From contig CAYHRW010000002.1 in assembly GCA_964359105.1 (NCBI GenBank), forward strand, positions 3,627 through 39,094: a stretch of DNA of 35,468 nt. Reading direction: 5' to 3'. This stretch comes from an uncultured bacterium (GTDB lineage Bacteria; Eisenbacteria; RBG-16-71-46). A program made the translations under genes and the position numbers. Under the pieces are notes generated by a model. It did no database searches. It was not told the DNA's origin and saw only the letters and a list, made by a program, of their open reading frames with translations. Positions 9,847 to 17,568 of the stretch are shown piece after piece; positions within the stretch are counted from its first letter, which is position 1, and each line of letters opens with the position of its first letter.

Positions 9847-10884
9847 CTACTTGATCAGCCGCAGCGTGAAGACCGACCCGCTGCCGGGTCCACCCGGGCC
9901 GCCCGGGAGGATGGCGTTGATGAACTCGGCCGTGATGAAGTTCTGGTTCCCGTTGCCGGGGATGTTCTTGATGAAGAACGCGCCGAAGCTCTGTATCGGG
10001 TAGCAGCCGCTGCTCCCGCCGCCGCCCGCAGGGCCGGTGATCGGTACGTAGATCACCCGCCATCCGTTGCCGTTGTAGTTCTCGTAGCAGATCCCCTGGC
10101 GCTGGTCGGTGTCGAGGCTGAAGCGCGTCTCGATCGCGGCCTTGACCGGTCCCGAGGTGTTGCCCGTTTTCGGCGTCAGGCAGTCGCCAACCTGGATGCA
10201 GCAGCTGTAGCCGTTCGCGAGCAGGCAGTTCAGGGTGTTCGCCCCGCTCGGCTGCATACCCCCGCAGGGACCCTCGGGACAGGCCGGGAACTGGACCCCG
10301 CCGTACTGCCCCTGGAAGCCCGCCCCACCCCCCTCCTTGATGCGGTATTCGTTGCCGCAGCCGGGCGTGAACACGACGTCCGAGTCAGGCTGGACCGCGA
10401 GCGGCACCAGCTTCTCGCAGGCGCTGCTCGCGCTGTCCACCTTGGCGGTCGCCTCGGCCCGCACCTCGAGGGCCGTGATCCCCACGACCTGCGCGAAATG
10501 AACGATGACCGACGAGCCGCCCTCGCGCCGCGCGATGACCCGCACCGTGTGCGCGACGTTGTCCACGAACACGTCGTTCGTGGTGTCCACCTGGACCGGC
10601 GTGGTGGCCATCTCGTAGGCCCGGTTCTGCGTCGCGGTGTAGAGTGCCCGCTGCTTCGCCAGCCCGGGCTGGATCGTGAAGGTGACCGGGTCGAGCGCGG
10701 AGGCCCCCGCCAGCGCCGCCGCGTCCGCGGCGTTCTGGAGCTGCGTGCGCGTCGCCATCAGCTTGGCGACGTCGATGCCGAGCGCGACGAAACCCAGCAT
10801 GACCAGCAGGAAGAACGCCATCCAGATGATGGCGACTCCGCGCTGGTCGCTGCGCCGGGGCAGGCGGGGCCTCACGGGGTTCAC
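9847..10884 (-). CDS. TadG-like Flp pilus-associated protein with a Cys/Gly-rich C-terminal domain
   Basis: 345 aa with a GTG start directly abutting the cpaC stop. N-terminus RGVAIIWMAFFLLVMLGFVALGIDVAKLMATRTQLQNAADAAALAGA is the TadE/TadG-type pseudopilin-like leader and TM. The C-terminal half has 10 Cys and many Gly/Asn. Confidence 0.65.
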   Translation of the reverse strand: MNPVRPRLPRRSDQRGVAIIWMAFFLLVMLGFVALGIDVAKLMATRTQLQNAADAAALAGASALDPVTFTIQPGLAKQRALYTATQNRAYEMATTPVQVDTTNDVFVDNVAHTVRVIARREGGSSVIVHFAQVVGITALEVRAEATAKVDSASSACEKLVPLAVQPDSDVVFTPGCGNEYRIKEGGGAGFQGQYGGVQFPACPEGPCGGMQPSGANTLNCLLANGYSCCIQVGDCLTPKTGNTSGPVKAAIETRFSLDTDQRQGICYENYNGNGWRVIYVPITGPAGGGGSSGCYPIQSFGAFFIKNIPGNGNQNFITAEFINAILPGGPGGPGSGSVFTLRLIK

Positions 10885-12021
10885 CTACTTCCCTGCGGGC
10901 TTGTCCGTCGGCAGGGCGGGCATCGTGGAACCCGCCTCGACCAGCTCGGGCGTGATCACCACCAGCAGATCCCTGCTCGAGGTCTCGTCGTGGACGTTCG
11001 TGAAGAGCAGGCCGAGCAGCGGAATGTGGCCGAGGATCGGCACCCGGCGCACGACCTTGCTCTTGCCGGTCTGCTTGAGCCCCCCGATGACAAGGTACTC
11101 ACCGGAGTTCATGGTGACGGTCGTCATGGCGCGGCGCACCGCCAGGGTCGGCACCACGAAGCCGGCGATCAGCACCGAGCGCGTGTTGTCGATCTCGCTC
11201 ACCTCGGGCTGGACCTTGATGCGCATCGAGCCGTCGTTCTGCACCGTGGGCGTGAACTCGAGGCGCACGCCGAACTCCTTGAACTGGATCGCGGTCTGCG
11301 CGGCCTGGCCGGTGCCGGAGAGGATCGGGAGCGGGAACTCGCCGCCCGCGAGGAAGGTCGCCTTCTCGCCGCTGCGTGCGACCAGCGAGGGGTTGGCGAG
11401 GGTGCGGATGTCGCCCTTCTCCTCGAGCGCCTGCCAGGCGGCGGTGAGCTTGAGGTCGCCGGCGCTGCGGGCGTACTTGAGGAGGCCGTCCGTGCTCGGC
11501 AGCGGCTCCAGGCTGCCGCCCCCCGCTGCGGGATCCAGCGGGATGTTCGGGGTCCCCGAGCGCGAGCTGAAGAGCCCTCCCTGGATGCGCCCGTCCAGAC
11601 CCGGTTTCTTGCTGGTCCCCTCGCCCCAGATGTCGACGCCGAGCTGCTTCTTCGCGTTGTCGTTCAGCTCCGCGAGGGTGACGTGGAGCAGGACCTGCTT
11701 CTCGGAGTTGGGAACGTAGACCTCGATCTCGTAGATCCGGTAGCGGCCCCCCTCGTTGTAGACCACCAGGCTGGTGGTGCCGACGCCCTTGGCGTTCACC
11801 ACCACGGTGCGGGCCGAGCCCACCGCGGCGTCCGCGATGGTCGGCTCGGCGATGGCGACCGTGCGCACCTCGTCGGGCGACGGGATCACCTCCGCGTGCC
11901 CGACCGGGATCCGGATCTTCTCACGCGATTCCGCGGCGAGGGCCGAGGCCCCCATCACCCCCAGCACGGCGAGCGCCATCCCGGTGGCCCGCATCACATC
12001 CCTGAGATTCGACGATGGCAT
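10885..12021 (-). CDS. cpaC: Tad pilus outer-membrane secretin CpaC/RcpA
   Basis: 378 aa with an ATG start and a signal peptide (MALAVLGVMGASALA). N-terminal pilus-formation/BON-like module (IAEPTIADAAV...VNAKGVGTTSLVV). Secretin core ANPSLVARSGEKATFLAGGEFP...VPILGHIPLLGLLF. Confidence 0.88.
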   Translation of the reverse strand: MPSSNLRDVMRATGMALAVLGVMGASALAAESREKIRIPVGHAEVIPSPDEVRTVAIAEPTIADAAVGSARTVVVNAKGVGTTSLVVYNEGGRYRIYEIEVYVPNSEKQVLLHVTLAELNDNAKKQLGVDIWGEGTSKKPGLDGRIQGGLFSSRSGTPNIPLDPAAGGGSLEPLPSTDGLLKYARSAGDLKLTAAWQALEEKGDIRTLANPSLVARSGEKATFLAGGEFPLPILSGTGQAAQTAIQFKEFGVRLEFTPTVQNDGSMRIKVQPEVSEIDNTRSVLIAGFVVPTLAVRRAMTTVTMNSGEYLVIGGLKQTGKSKVVRRVPILGHIPLLGLLFTNVHDETSSRDLLVVITPELVEAGSTMPALPTDKPAGK

Positions 12022-12066
12022 CCTGTCCTCCTGCTCGCGTCATCGGGCGCGACGGCGCCCGCGTGG

Positions 12067-12930
12067 TCAGTTCGACGTGGTGTCCCGCGGCGCCGGCTGC
12101 TCGCTCACGGTGGCGCTGCGGATGATCCTCACGTTCCTGGGCTCGGAAGCGCGTCTCGGCGCCGGCCCCGGCGCCTGCCTCACCACCGCCCTCGCCGGTG
12201 GCGGGGCCGGCCTGCGGTTCGCGCTCATCAGCTCGCGGGTCGAGTAGGAGGCCACCTTCAGAGTGTCCCGGTCCTCGGGATTGCGCAGCACCAGTGTCAG
12301 CACGCCCTGAAGCTGGGCGTGCGCCAGCTGCTCGGCGCCCCTCGGACTCACGAGCAGCGTCACGGCCTGCACGGTGATCGGCTTGTTGTCCTGCTGCGTG
12401 GTCTTCTGCCCGGCGGCCAGCACCTCCATGTTCTGCAGGATCGTGCTGGTGAAGGCCTCCTCGACGTCCTGGACCCGGTTGACGGTCACGAGCACGTCCA
12501 CCCGGTCGCCGGGGAGCACGAAGCCCGACACGCCAGAGACCTGGTTCACCTCGACGCTCACGGCGCGCATGGTGGGGCGCACCAGCATCGAGAGCCCGCC
12601 GCCGCGCGACGACAGCTTGGTCGCCGTCACCGGCTCCCTGGCGCTCAGGAACACCTTGGTGGTCTGCCCCGCCACCGAGTCCACAGTCGAGAAGGCGCCC
12701 GCCGGCACCGACTCCTTCGGGTACTTCACGACGCGCAGCATCGTCTTCTCGAGCTTCACGCCGAAGGTGAGATCCGTCGCCGTCACGACCACATCGCGCA
12801 GGTTCCGGCTGCCTGCGGCGGCCGCCCGGCTGGCCATCGAGCTGAGGCCCAGGTACCCGACGGCGGCCGCCGCCAGCCCGAGCACGACGGCCAGCCCCAT
12901 GAACGCACGTCCATTGTTCGCCGTCACCAT
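12067..12930 (-). CDS. cpaB: Flp pilus assembly protein CpaB/RcpC (SAF-domain periplasmic protein)
   Basis: 287 aa with an ATG start, an N-terminal TM anchor, a SAF-like segment (VVVTATDLTFGVKLEKTML...VPAGAF) and the typical GDRVDVLVT motif. Sits directly upstream of the secretin. Confidence 0.8.
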   Translation of the reverse strand: MVTANNGRAFMGLAVVLGLAAAAVGYLGLSSMASRAAAAGSRNLRDVVVTATDLTFGVKLEKTMLRVVKYPKESVPAGAFSTVDSVAGQTTKVFLSAREPVTATKLSSRGGGLSMLVRPTMRAVSVEVNQVSGVSGFVLPGDRVDVLVTVNRVQDVEEAFTSTILQNMEVLAAGQKTTQQDNKPITVQAVTLLVSPRGAEQLAHAQLQGVLTLVLRNPEDRDTLKVASYSTRELMSANRRPAPPPARAVVRQAPGPAPRRASEPRNVRIIRSATVSEQPAPRDTTSN

Positions 12931-12945
12931 GGCATCCCTTCCTTC

Positions 12946-13353
12946 CTAGTACTCACGGCGCATCGTGCAGGCGCCGGTGAGCGTCATCGAATCCCCGGAC
13001 GCTCCCAGGAACCGCAGGAGCCCGGGGTACAACCAGCGCAGCTGGCCCGTCACGTCCGACCGGACCTGCCCGTTGCCATACGACGATTGCAGAACGATGC
13101 TCGGCGATCCCGCACCCGACAGGTTCGCGAGCGGCGTCACGCGGGCGAGGATGCTGTCGGGCGAGGTGCCCACCGCGAGCTGCCTGGCCCCCTCGCGCGC
13201 CGCCTGCTCGAGCACGTTGCGCATGAAGAAGGCGCGACCGAAGTCCACCACCAGGAACGTGACCACCAGCATGATCGGCAGCACGAGCGCGAACTCGATG
13301 AGCGACGCGCCGCGTTGTCCGTCACGGGCTCGGATGCGAGGGGGCTTTTGCAT
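12946..13353 (-). CDS. tadE: TadE-like minor pseudopilin
   Basis: 135 aa with an ATG start. The N-terminal QRGASLIEFALVLPIMLVVTFLVVDFGRAFF is the TadE/TadF signature, with a prepilin-like G/A-x-x-x-x-E-F site. Confidence 0.8.
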   Translation of the reverse strand: MQKPPRIRARDGQRGASLIEFALVLPIMLVVTFLVVDFGRAFFMRNVLEQAAREGARQLAVGTSPDSILARVTPLANLSGAGSPSIVLQSSYGNGQVRSDVTGQLRWLYPGLLRFLGASGDSMTLTGACTMRREY

Positions 13354-13374
13354 GACAGTCCTCGTTATCGGCAG

Positions 13375-13887
13375 CTATGTGGCGCGCCATAAGGCGAACA
13401 TTGAGCCCGCCAGGATGGCCAGCGCGAAGGGGAACCGGAACCCCGAGTGCGGCGGCGTCCCGGTGCGGGCGCCCCCCGCCAGCACCCCCGGGATCAGCAG
13501 GAGGGCCCCGCGGAGCGACTGCACCAGGATGCCGTGGCGCGCGGCCACGACGAGCGAGATCACGCCGCCCGCCACCAGGGCGGCCAGAGCGGCATACACG
13601 CTGAGCGGGAAGGCGAGCCAGGCGCCGACCGCCGCCATCAGCTTGACGTCTCCCGCTCCCATCCAACCCGAGAACCAGCCGGGGAAGAGCAGCAGCCCGG
13701 CCACCACGGCCCCCGCCAGCGCGCCGAGCACGCCGGACGTGCCGCCGAGCGCCAGGTGGGCCCCGATCCCCAGCAGGAGCGCGGGGCCCGTCAGGATGTT
13801 CGGCACCCTCCGCGTCCGGACGTCCGCCCCGGTGGCCAGTGCCGTGAGGACGACCACGGGTACGGCGACCCAGAGCGGGACGTTCAC
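13375..13887 (-). CDS. cpaA: Flp prepilin peptidase CpaA/TadV (A24 aspartic peptidase, no methyltransferase domain)
   Basis: 170 aa with a GTG start; polytopic. The two catalytic Asp contexts are GADVRTRRVPN and GAGDVKLMAAVG. Located immediately downstream of flp. Confidence 0.85.
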   Translation of the reverse strand: MNVPLWVAVPVVVLTALATGADVRTRRVPNILTGPALLLGIGAHLALGGTSGVLGALAGAVVAGLLLFPGWFSGWMGAGDVKLMAAVGAWLAFPLSVYAALAALVAGGVISLVVAARHGILVQSLRGALLLIPGVLAGGARTGTPPHSGFRFPFALAILAGSMFALWRAT

Positions 13888-13911
13888 GGACGGAGGAGCT
13901 GTCGCCGCCGG

Positions 13912-14088
13912 CTAGACGACGCCGAGGACCGACGTCGCCTTGGCGAAGGCGGTGCTGATGGCGTTCTTCAGGTTCGGGCTGGTGAGCACGAGCAGGGCGA
14001 TGGCAGCCACGAAGGCGGCCAGGAGACCGTACTCGATCAGATCCTCGCCCTTCTCGTCACGGACGAATCTGCGGATGGTGTTGAGCAT
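13912..14088 (-). CDS. flp: Flp-family type IVc pilin (58-aa prepilin)
   Basis: Not in the ORF track; translated by hand. Product MLNTIRRFVRDEKGEDLIEYGLLAAFVAAIALLVLTSPNLKNAISTAFAKATSVLGVV. Flp motif G/xxxxEY followed by a hydrophobic helix. GAGGAG Shine-Dalgarno about 10 nt upstream of the ATG (14088..14086); TAG at 13914..13912. First gene of the Tad operon. Confidence 0.9.
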   Translation of the reverse strand: MLNTIRRFVRDEKGEDLIEYGLLAAFVAAIALLVLTSPNLKNAISTAFAKATSVLGVV

Positions 14089-14248
14089 GGCGCAGGCGAC
14101 TCCTCACTAGGGGGTCTTGAGGTACCGGCAGTCTGCCGGAGGGACGGTTCGAACGCCGCGCGGGGCGACGGTCTGCATGCACGCACCGGACCGGGGCGAG
14201 GATGAAGGCTGGTCGCCACGGCCAGAGCGCACTGCACTTTCTGGATGG

Positions 14249-14265
14249 TTGCAACGAGCAGGCCA
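14249..14265 (-). promoter_or_regulatory. Candidate sigma-54 (-24/-12) promoter reading toward flp
   Basis: The minus strand reads TTGGCCTGCTCGTTGCAA, that is TGGC-N8-TTGCA with exact GG-N10-GC spacing against the consensus TGGCACG-N4-TTGCW. It lies about 160 nt upstream of the flp ATG. No experimental or comparative support is available. Confidence 0.4.
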
Positions 14266-14632
14266 ACACCGCGGGCGGGCAGGGCCGCCCGAGCCAAGTC
14301 GAATCGGGGAAGCACATTCGCGGCCCGGATGCGGAGGATACGCACAGGTGGTCCCATGCGTGCCGGTGCCGAAGCCGTCGTGCCTGCCGACGCCCCACCG
14401 CCCAGAAACTGGGCGCTCACACCCAGACCGGCACAGCCGGATGCGGAGCCCGACCCCGCCTGCGGACTTCATCCCGCGCCGGACGCGCGGCCCGCGCCAC
14501 ACGCGATCCCCGCGGGGCCGCCTGGAGCGGCCGGACTCCGACAATCCGCTTGTCCGCTCGATCCGGACTGCCGAAAACCCTCGAGCCGGATGGCTCGGGA
14601 CGCCCCCGGGGTCCACCCGGATCACACGAGAC

Positions 14633-16639
14633 ATGGAGGTCACCGCCGTGTCAGCACCCGGAGTCTCCCGCCTCGCCGCGGTGCTCGTGCTCGTCGCGGC
14701 CTGGGTCACGACGACGCACGCCGCGCAGACCATGGACGATCCGTTCTCGATGGTCCGCGAGGAGCAGACGGTCACCGCGGCGCTCAAGCGCCCCCAACCC
14801 ATCTCCGAGACGCCCTCCTCGGTCACGGTCATCACCGCCGCCGAGATCCGCGCCAACGGCTACCACACGCTGGGCGAGGCGCTGCGCTGGGTGCGCGGGC
14901 TCACCGTGACCTACGACCGCAACTACTACTACCTCGGCGTGCGCGGGCTGCAGCGTCCGGGCGACTACGCCAACAAGGTGCTGCTCGCCCTCGACGGTCA
15001 CACGCTGAATGGCAACGTGTACGGCGACGCCTACTTCGGCGCCGACCTCGGGCTCAACCTCGAGGACGTGGAGCGGATCGAGGTGGTGCGCGGCCCGGGC
15101 TCGACGCTCTACGGCAGCTACGCGGTGCTCGCGGTCGTGAACGTGGTCACGCGCCGGCCGCGCAGCGAACCGGGTGTCAGCGTGGGCGGCTGGGGCGGCG
15201 GCGCGCGCGAGGGCCGCGGCTACGCCTCGGTGGCCTCCGCGCGGCCGGGGCAGCCCGAGTGGCGCATCAGCGGCTCGTGGCTGAACGCGCGTGGCGCCGA
15301 CCTCTACTTCCCGGAGTACGACCAGCCCTCCAGCCTCGCGGGGCGCGCGATCGGGCTCGACGGCGAGTCGGCGGTGGGGTTCCTCGGCACCGCCGAGTGG
15401 TCCGGACTGCGGCTGGCCGCCAAGTTCAACGACCGCAGGAAGACCATCCCCACCGGCTCGTTCGGCACGGTGTTCGGCGACCCGCGCAACATGACCTGGG
15501 ATGGCCATGACTTCATCGAGCTCGCCGGCACCCGGCAGGTCGCGGACGAGGTCGAGCTGCACGGGCGCGCCTGGTGGGACGGCGCGCGCTACCGTGGCAC
15601 CTACGTCTACGAGTCCGACAGCGCCCGGGTCGTGAACCTGGACGTCGGCGAAGGCGACGTGCTCGGCACCGAGTGGCGCGCGAACTGGTCGGCCGGCCGG
15701 CACTCGGCGGTCACGCTGGGTCTGGAGGGCCAGCTCCACGTGCGGGCCCACCTCAAGAACTACATGGCGGACCCCTATTACCTGTACTACGACCAGGACC
15801 TGAAGAGCCGCGTGGGCGCGGTCTACCTGCAGGACGAGACCCGCTTCGCGAACGGCATCCGGCTCACCGCCGGCGCGCGCCTGGACGGCTATTCGAGGTA
15901 CGAACCTGTCGTGAGCCCGCGCCTCGACCTGGTGTGGCGCGTGGCGCCGGGCACCACGTGGAAGGTACTGGCCGGCTCCGCGTTCCGTGCGCCCACACCT
16001 TACGAGAGCGACCTCTACGGCACCTACGGGCCGCCCGGGACCTCGACGCTGAGCCCCGAGCGCGTGGCGAGCCTCGAGACCTCGATCGAACGCACGGCGG
16101 GAGCGTTCACGGCCATCGCGTCGGTATACGGCAGCCGGGTGCACGACCTCATCGACCTGGTCGCGGTGGACTCCCTCGGCAACACCGAGTTCCAGAACCG
16201 CGCGCAGGTGGACTCGCGCGGGGTCGAGGGCGAGCTGCAGTTCATCGCCTCCGCCGCCACGCGTGTGCGCGCGGCGCTGGCCTGGCAGTTGAGCCGCGAC
16301 CACGAGACGGGAACCGAGCTGTCGAACTCGGCGCGCTGGAACGCGCACCTGGTGGCGACGCACGCGCCGCTCGCGGGGCCGTGGTCGCTCGGATTCGGCG
16401 CGCGCTACCTCTCGCCGCGCATCACCCTGGCGGGCCAGCGCACCGCCGCTGCGGCGGTGGCCGACGCGCGCGTCGCGCACCGCTTCGCCCACGGCCTCAC
16501 GCTCGGGATCGAGGCCAAGAACCTGTTCGATGCCCGCTACGGGGACCCGGGCTCCGAGGAGCACGCCCAGGGCCAGATCGTCCAGGACCCGCGCACGCTC
16601 TACCTGACCGTCACGCTGCACGCCCGCGCCGCTCGATGA
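14633..16639 (+). CDS. TonB-dependent outer-membrane receptor (plug + beta-barrel), 668 aa
   Basis: ORF-track frame 14117..16639 trimmed to the ATG at 14633 (MEVTAVSAPGVSRLAAVLVLVAAWVTTTHA/AQT signal peptide). Plug motifs ETPSSVTVITAAEI, LGEALRWVRGL, LGVRGL...NKVLLALDGHTLN, IERIEVVRGPGSTLYGSYA. The barrel ends ...EAKNLFDARYGDPG...RTLYLTVTLH. Confidence 0.88.
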   Translation: MEVTAVSAPGVSRLAAVLVLVAAWVTTTHAAQTMDDPFSMVREEQTVTAALKRPQPISETPSSVTVITAAEIRANGYHTLGEALRWVRGLTVTYDRNYYYLGVRGLQRPGDYANKVLLALDGHTLNGNVYGDAYFGADLGLNLEDVERIEVVRGPGSTLYGSYAVLAVVNVVTRRPRSEPGVSVGGWGGGAREGRGYASVASARPGQPEWRISGSWLNARGADLYFPEYDQPSSLAGRAIGLDGESAVGFLGTAEWSGLRLAAKFNDRRKTIPTGSFGTVFGDPRNMTWDGHDFIELAGTRQVADEVELHGRAWWDGARYRGTYVYESDSARVVNLDVGEGDVLGTEWRANWSAGRHSAVTLGLEGQLHVRAHLKNYMADPYYLYYDQDLKSRVGAVYLQDETRFANGIRLTAGARLDGYSRYEPVVSPRLDLVWRVAPGTTWKVLAGSAFRAPTPYESDLYGTYGPPGTSTLSPERVASLETSIERTAGAFTAIASVYGSRVHDLIDLVAVDSLGNTEFQNRAQVDSRGVEGELQFIASAATRVRAALAWQLSRDHETGTELSNSARWNAHLVATHAPLAGPWSLGFGARYLSPRITLAGQRTAAAAVADARVAHRFAHGLTLGIEAKNLFDARYGDPGSEEHAQGQIVQDPRTLYLTVTLHARAAR

Positions 16640-17568
16640 TCCACCGCTCCACCCGGCACCCCTCCGCTGCGCTCGTGGCCCTGGTCGCGAGCGTGGCACT
16701 GCTTTCGGCCATCCCCGCCACGCGCGCGGTGGCCGGGACCGTCGTGCTGCTCAAGTCGGGAGCCCTCGGCCCCTATGACGCGGCCGCGGCCGGGTTCCTC
16801 GGGAGCTACCGGAGCGGCGTGCTGCAGCTGTCGCTGGACGAAAGCGACCCCGCGGCGCTCGAGCGCCGCGTCCTCGCCGCGCGCCCCGACGCCGTGGTGG
16901 CGGTGGGACTGAAGGCGGCGCTGTTCGCGCGCGACCGCCTGCCACGCCTCCCGCTGGTGTTCTGCGTGGTGCCGAACTTCGAGCGCTTCGAGCTGGCGGC
17001 GGCGTGGGTGACCGGCGTCTCGTCCGACGTTCCGCCGGTCACCGAGATCGGCGCGCTGTGCGCCGTGGCACCCGACGTGAAGCGCGTCGGGCTCTTCTAC
17101 GGCCGCGCCACCGGAGCCGAGCTCGCGCGCCGGGCCCGGGCCGCGGCCGACGAGGCGGGGATCACGCTGATCGGTATCCCGATCGCGAGCCTCCCGGAGC
17201 TCCCGAAGATGGCCCGCGGCGTGGTCGCCCAGGTCGACGCGCTGTGGATGCCGGCCGACCCCACGGTCGCCACCCCCGAGGCGTTCCGCTTCCTGCTCGA
17301 CCTGTCGCTCGAGAATCGAAAGCCCCTGCTCGTGTTCTCCGAATCGCTGGTGCGCGCCGGCGCTCTGCTCGCGGTGTCGCCCGACTACGGCTGGATGGGA
17401 ACGCGCGCCGCCGAGGCGGTGCGCCGCATCCAGAGTGGCGACCGCGCGGGCGACATCGCCATCGCGCCGCTCAAGCGCACGCACATCATCCTCAACCAGG
17501 CGACGGCCCCCGCGCTCGGGCGCGACGTGCCGCCGGCGGCGCTGCACACCGCCGAGGTGGTGCGATGA
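16636..17568 (+). CDS. Secreted periplasmic binding protein, ABC_sub_bind (PF04392/COG2984)-like, 310 aa
   Basis: ATG at 16636 overlaps the receptor stop (ATGA). Signal peptide ...ALLSAIPATRAVA/G. Family-typical blocks VKRVGLFYG, VDALWMPADPTVATPEAF, NRKPLLVFSESLVRAGALLAVSPDYGWMG, IILNQATAPALGRDVP. The family call was made by eye. Confidence 0.7.
   Translation: MIHRSTRHPSAALVALVASVALLSAIPATRAVAGTVVLLKSGALGPYDAAAAGFLGSYRSGVLQLSLDESDPAALERRVLAARPDAVVAVGLKAALFARDRLPRLPLVFCVVPNFERFELAAAWVTGVSSDVPPVTEIGALCAVAPDVKRVGLFYGRATGAELARRARAAADEAGITLIGIPIASLPELPKMARGVVAQVDALWMPADPTVATPEAFRFLLDLSLENRKPLLVFSESLVRAGALLAVSPDYGWMGTRAAEAVRRIQSGDRAGDIAIAPLKRTHIILNQATAPALGRDVPPAALHTAEVVR

Noticed and set aside
14125-14139. 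15-bp perfect palindrome CCGGCAGTCTGCCGG, considered as a stand-alone operator.
   Set aside because: 7-bp GC-rich inverted repeats are expected several times by chance in 35 kb of this composition. It is kept only as a detail of the flp control-region finding.
14140-14390. Possible cobalamin riboswitch upstream of the TonB-dependent receptor. It has a GGGAC-GGTTCGAAC...GGGGCGACGGTC stretch and an AAGCC-N6-CCTGCCG string resembling a B12 box.
   Set aside because: The core B12-box positions do not match. The order and spacing of the conserved blocks (GCCACTG, GGGAAG) are wrong. The element would end about 250 nt before the start codon and overlap the flp leader. The receptor shows no specific BtuB features. 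An Infernal scan with RF00174 would settle it.
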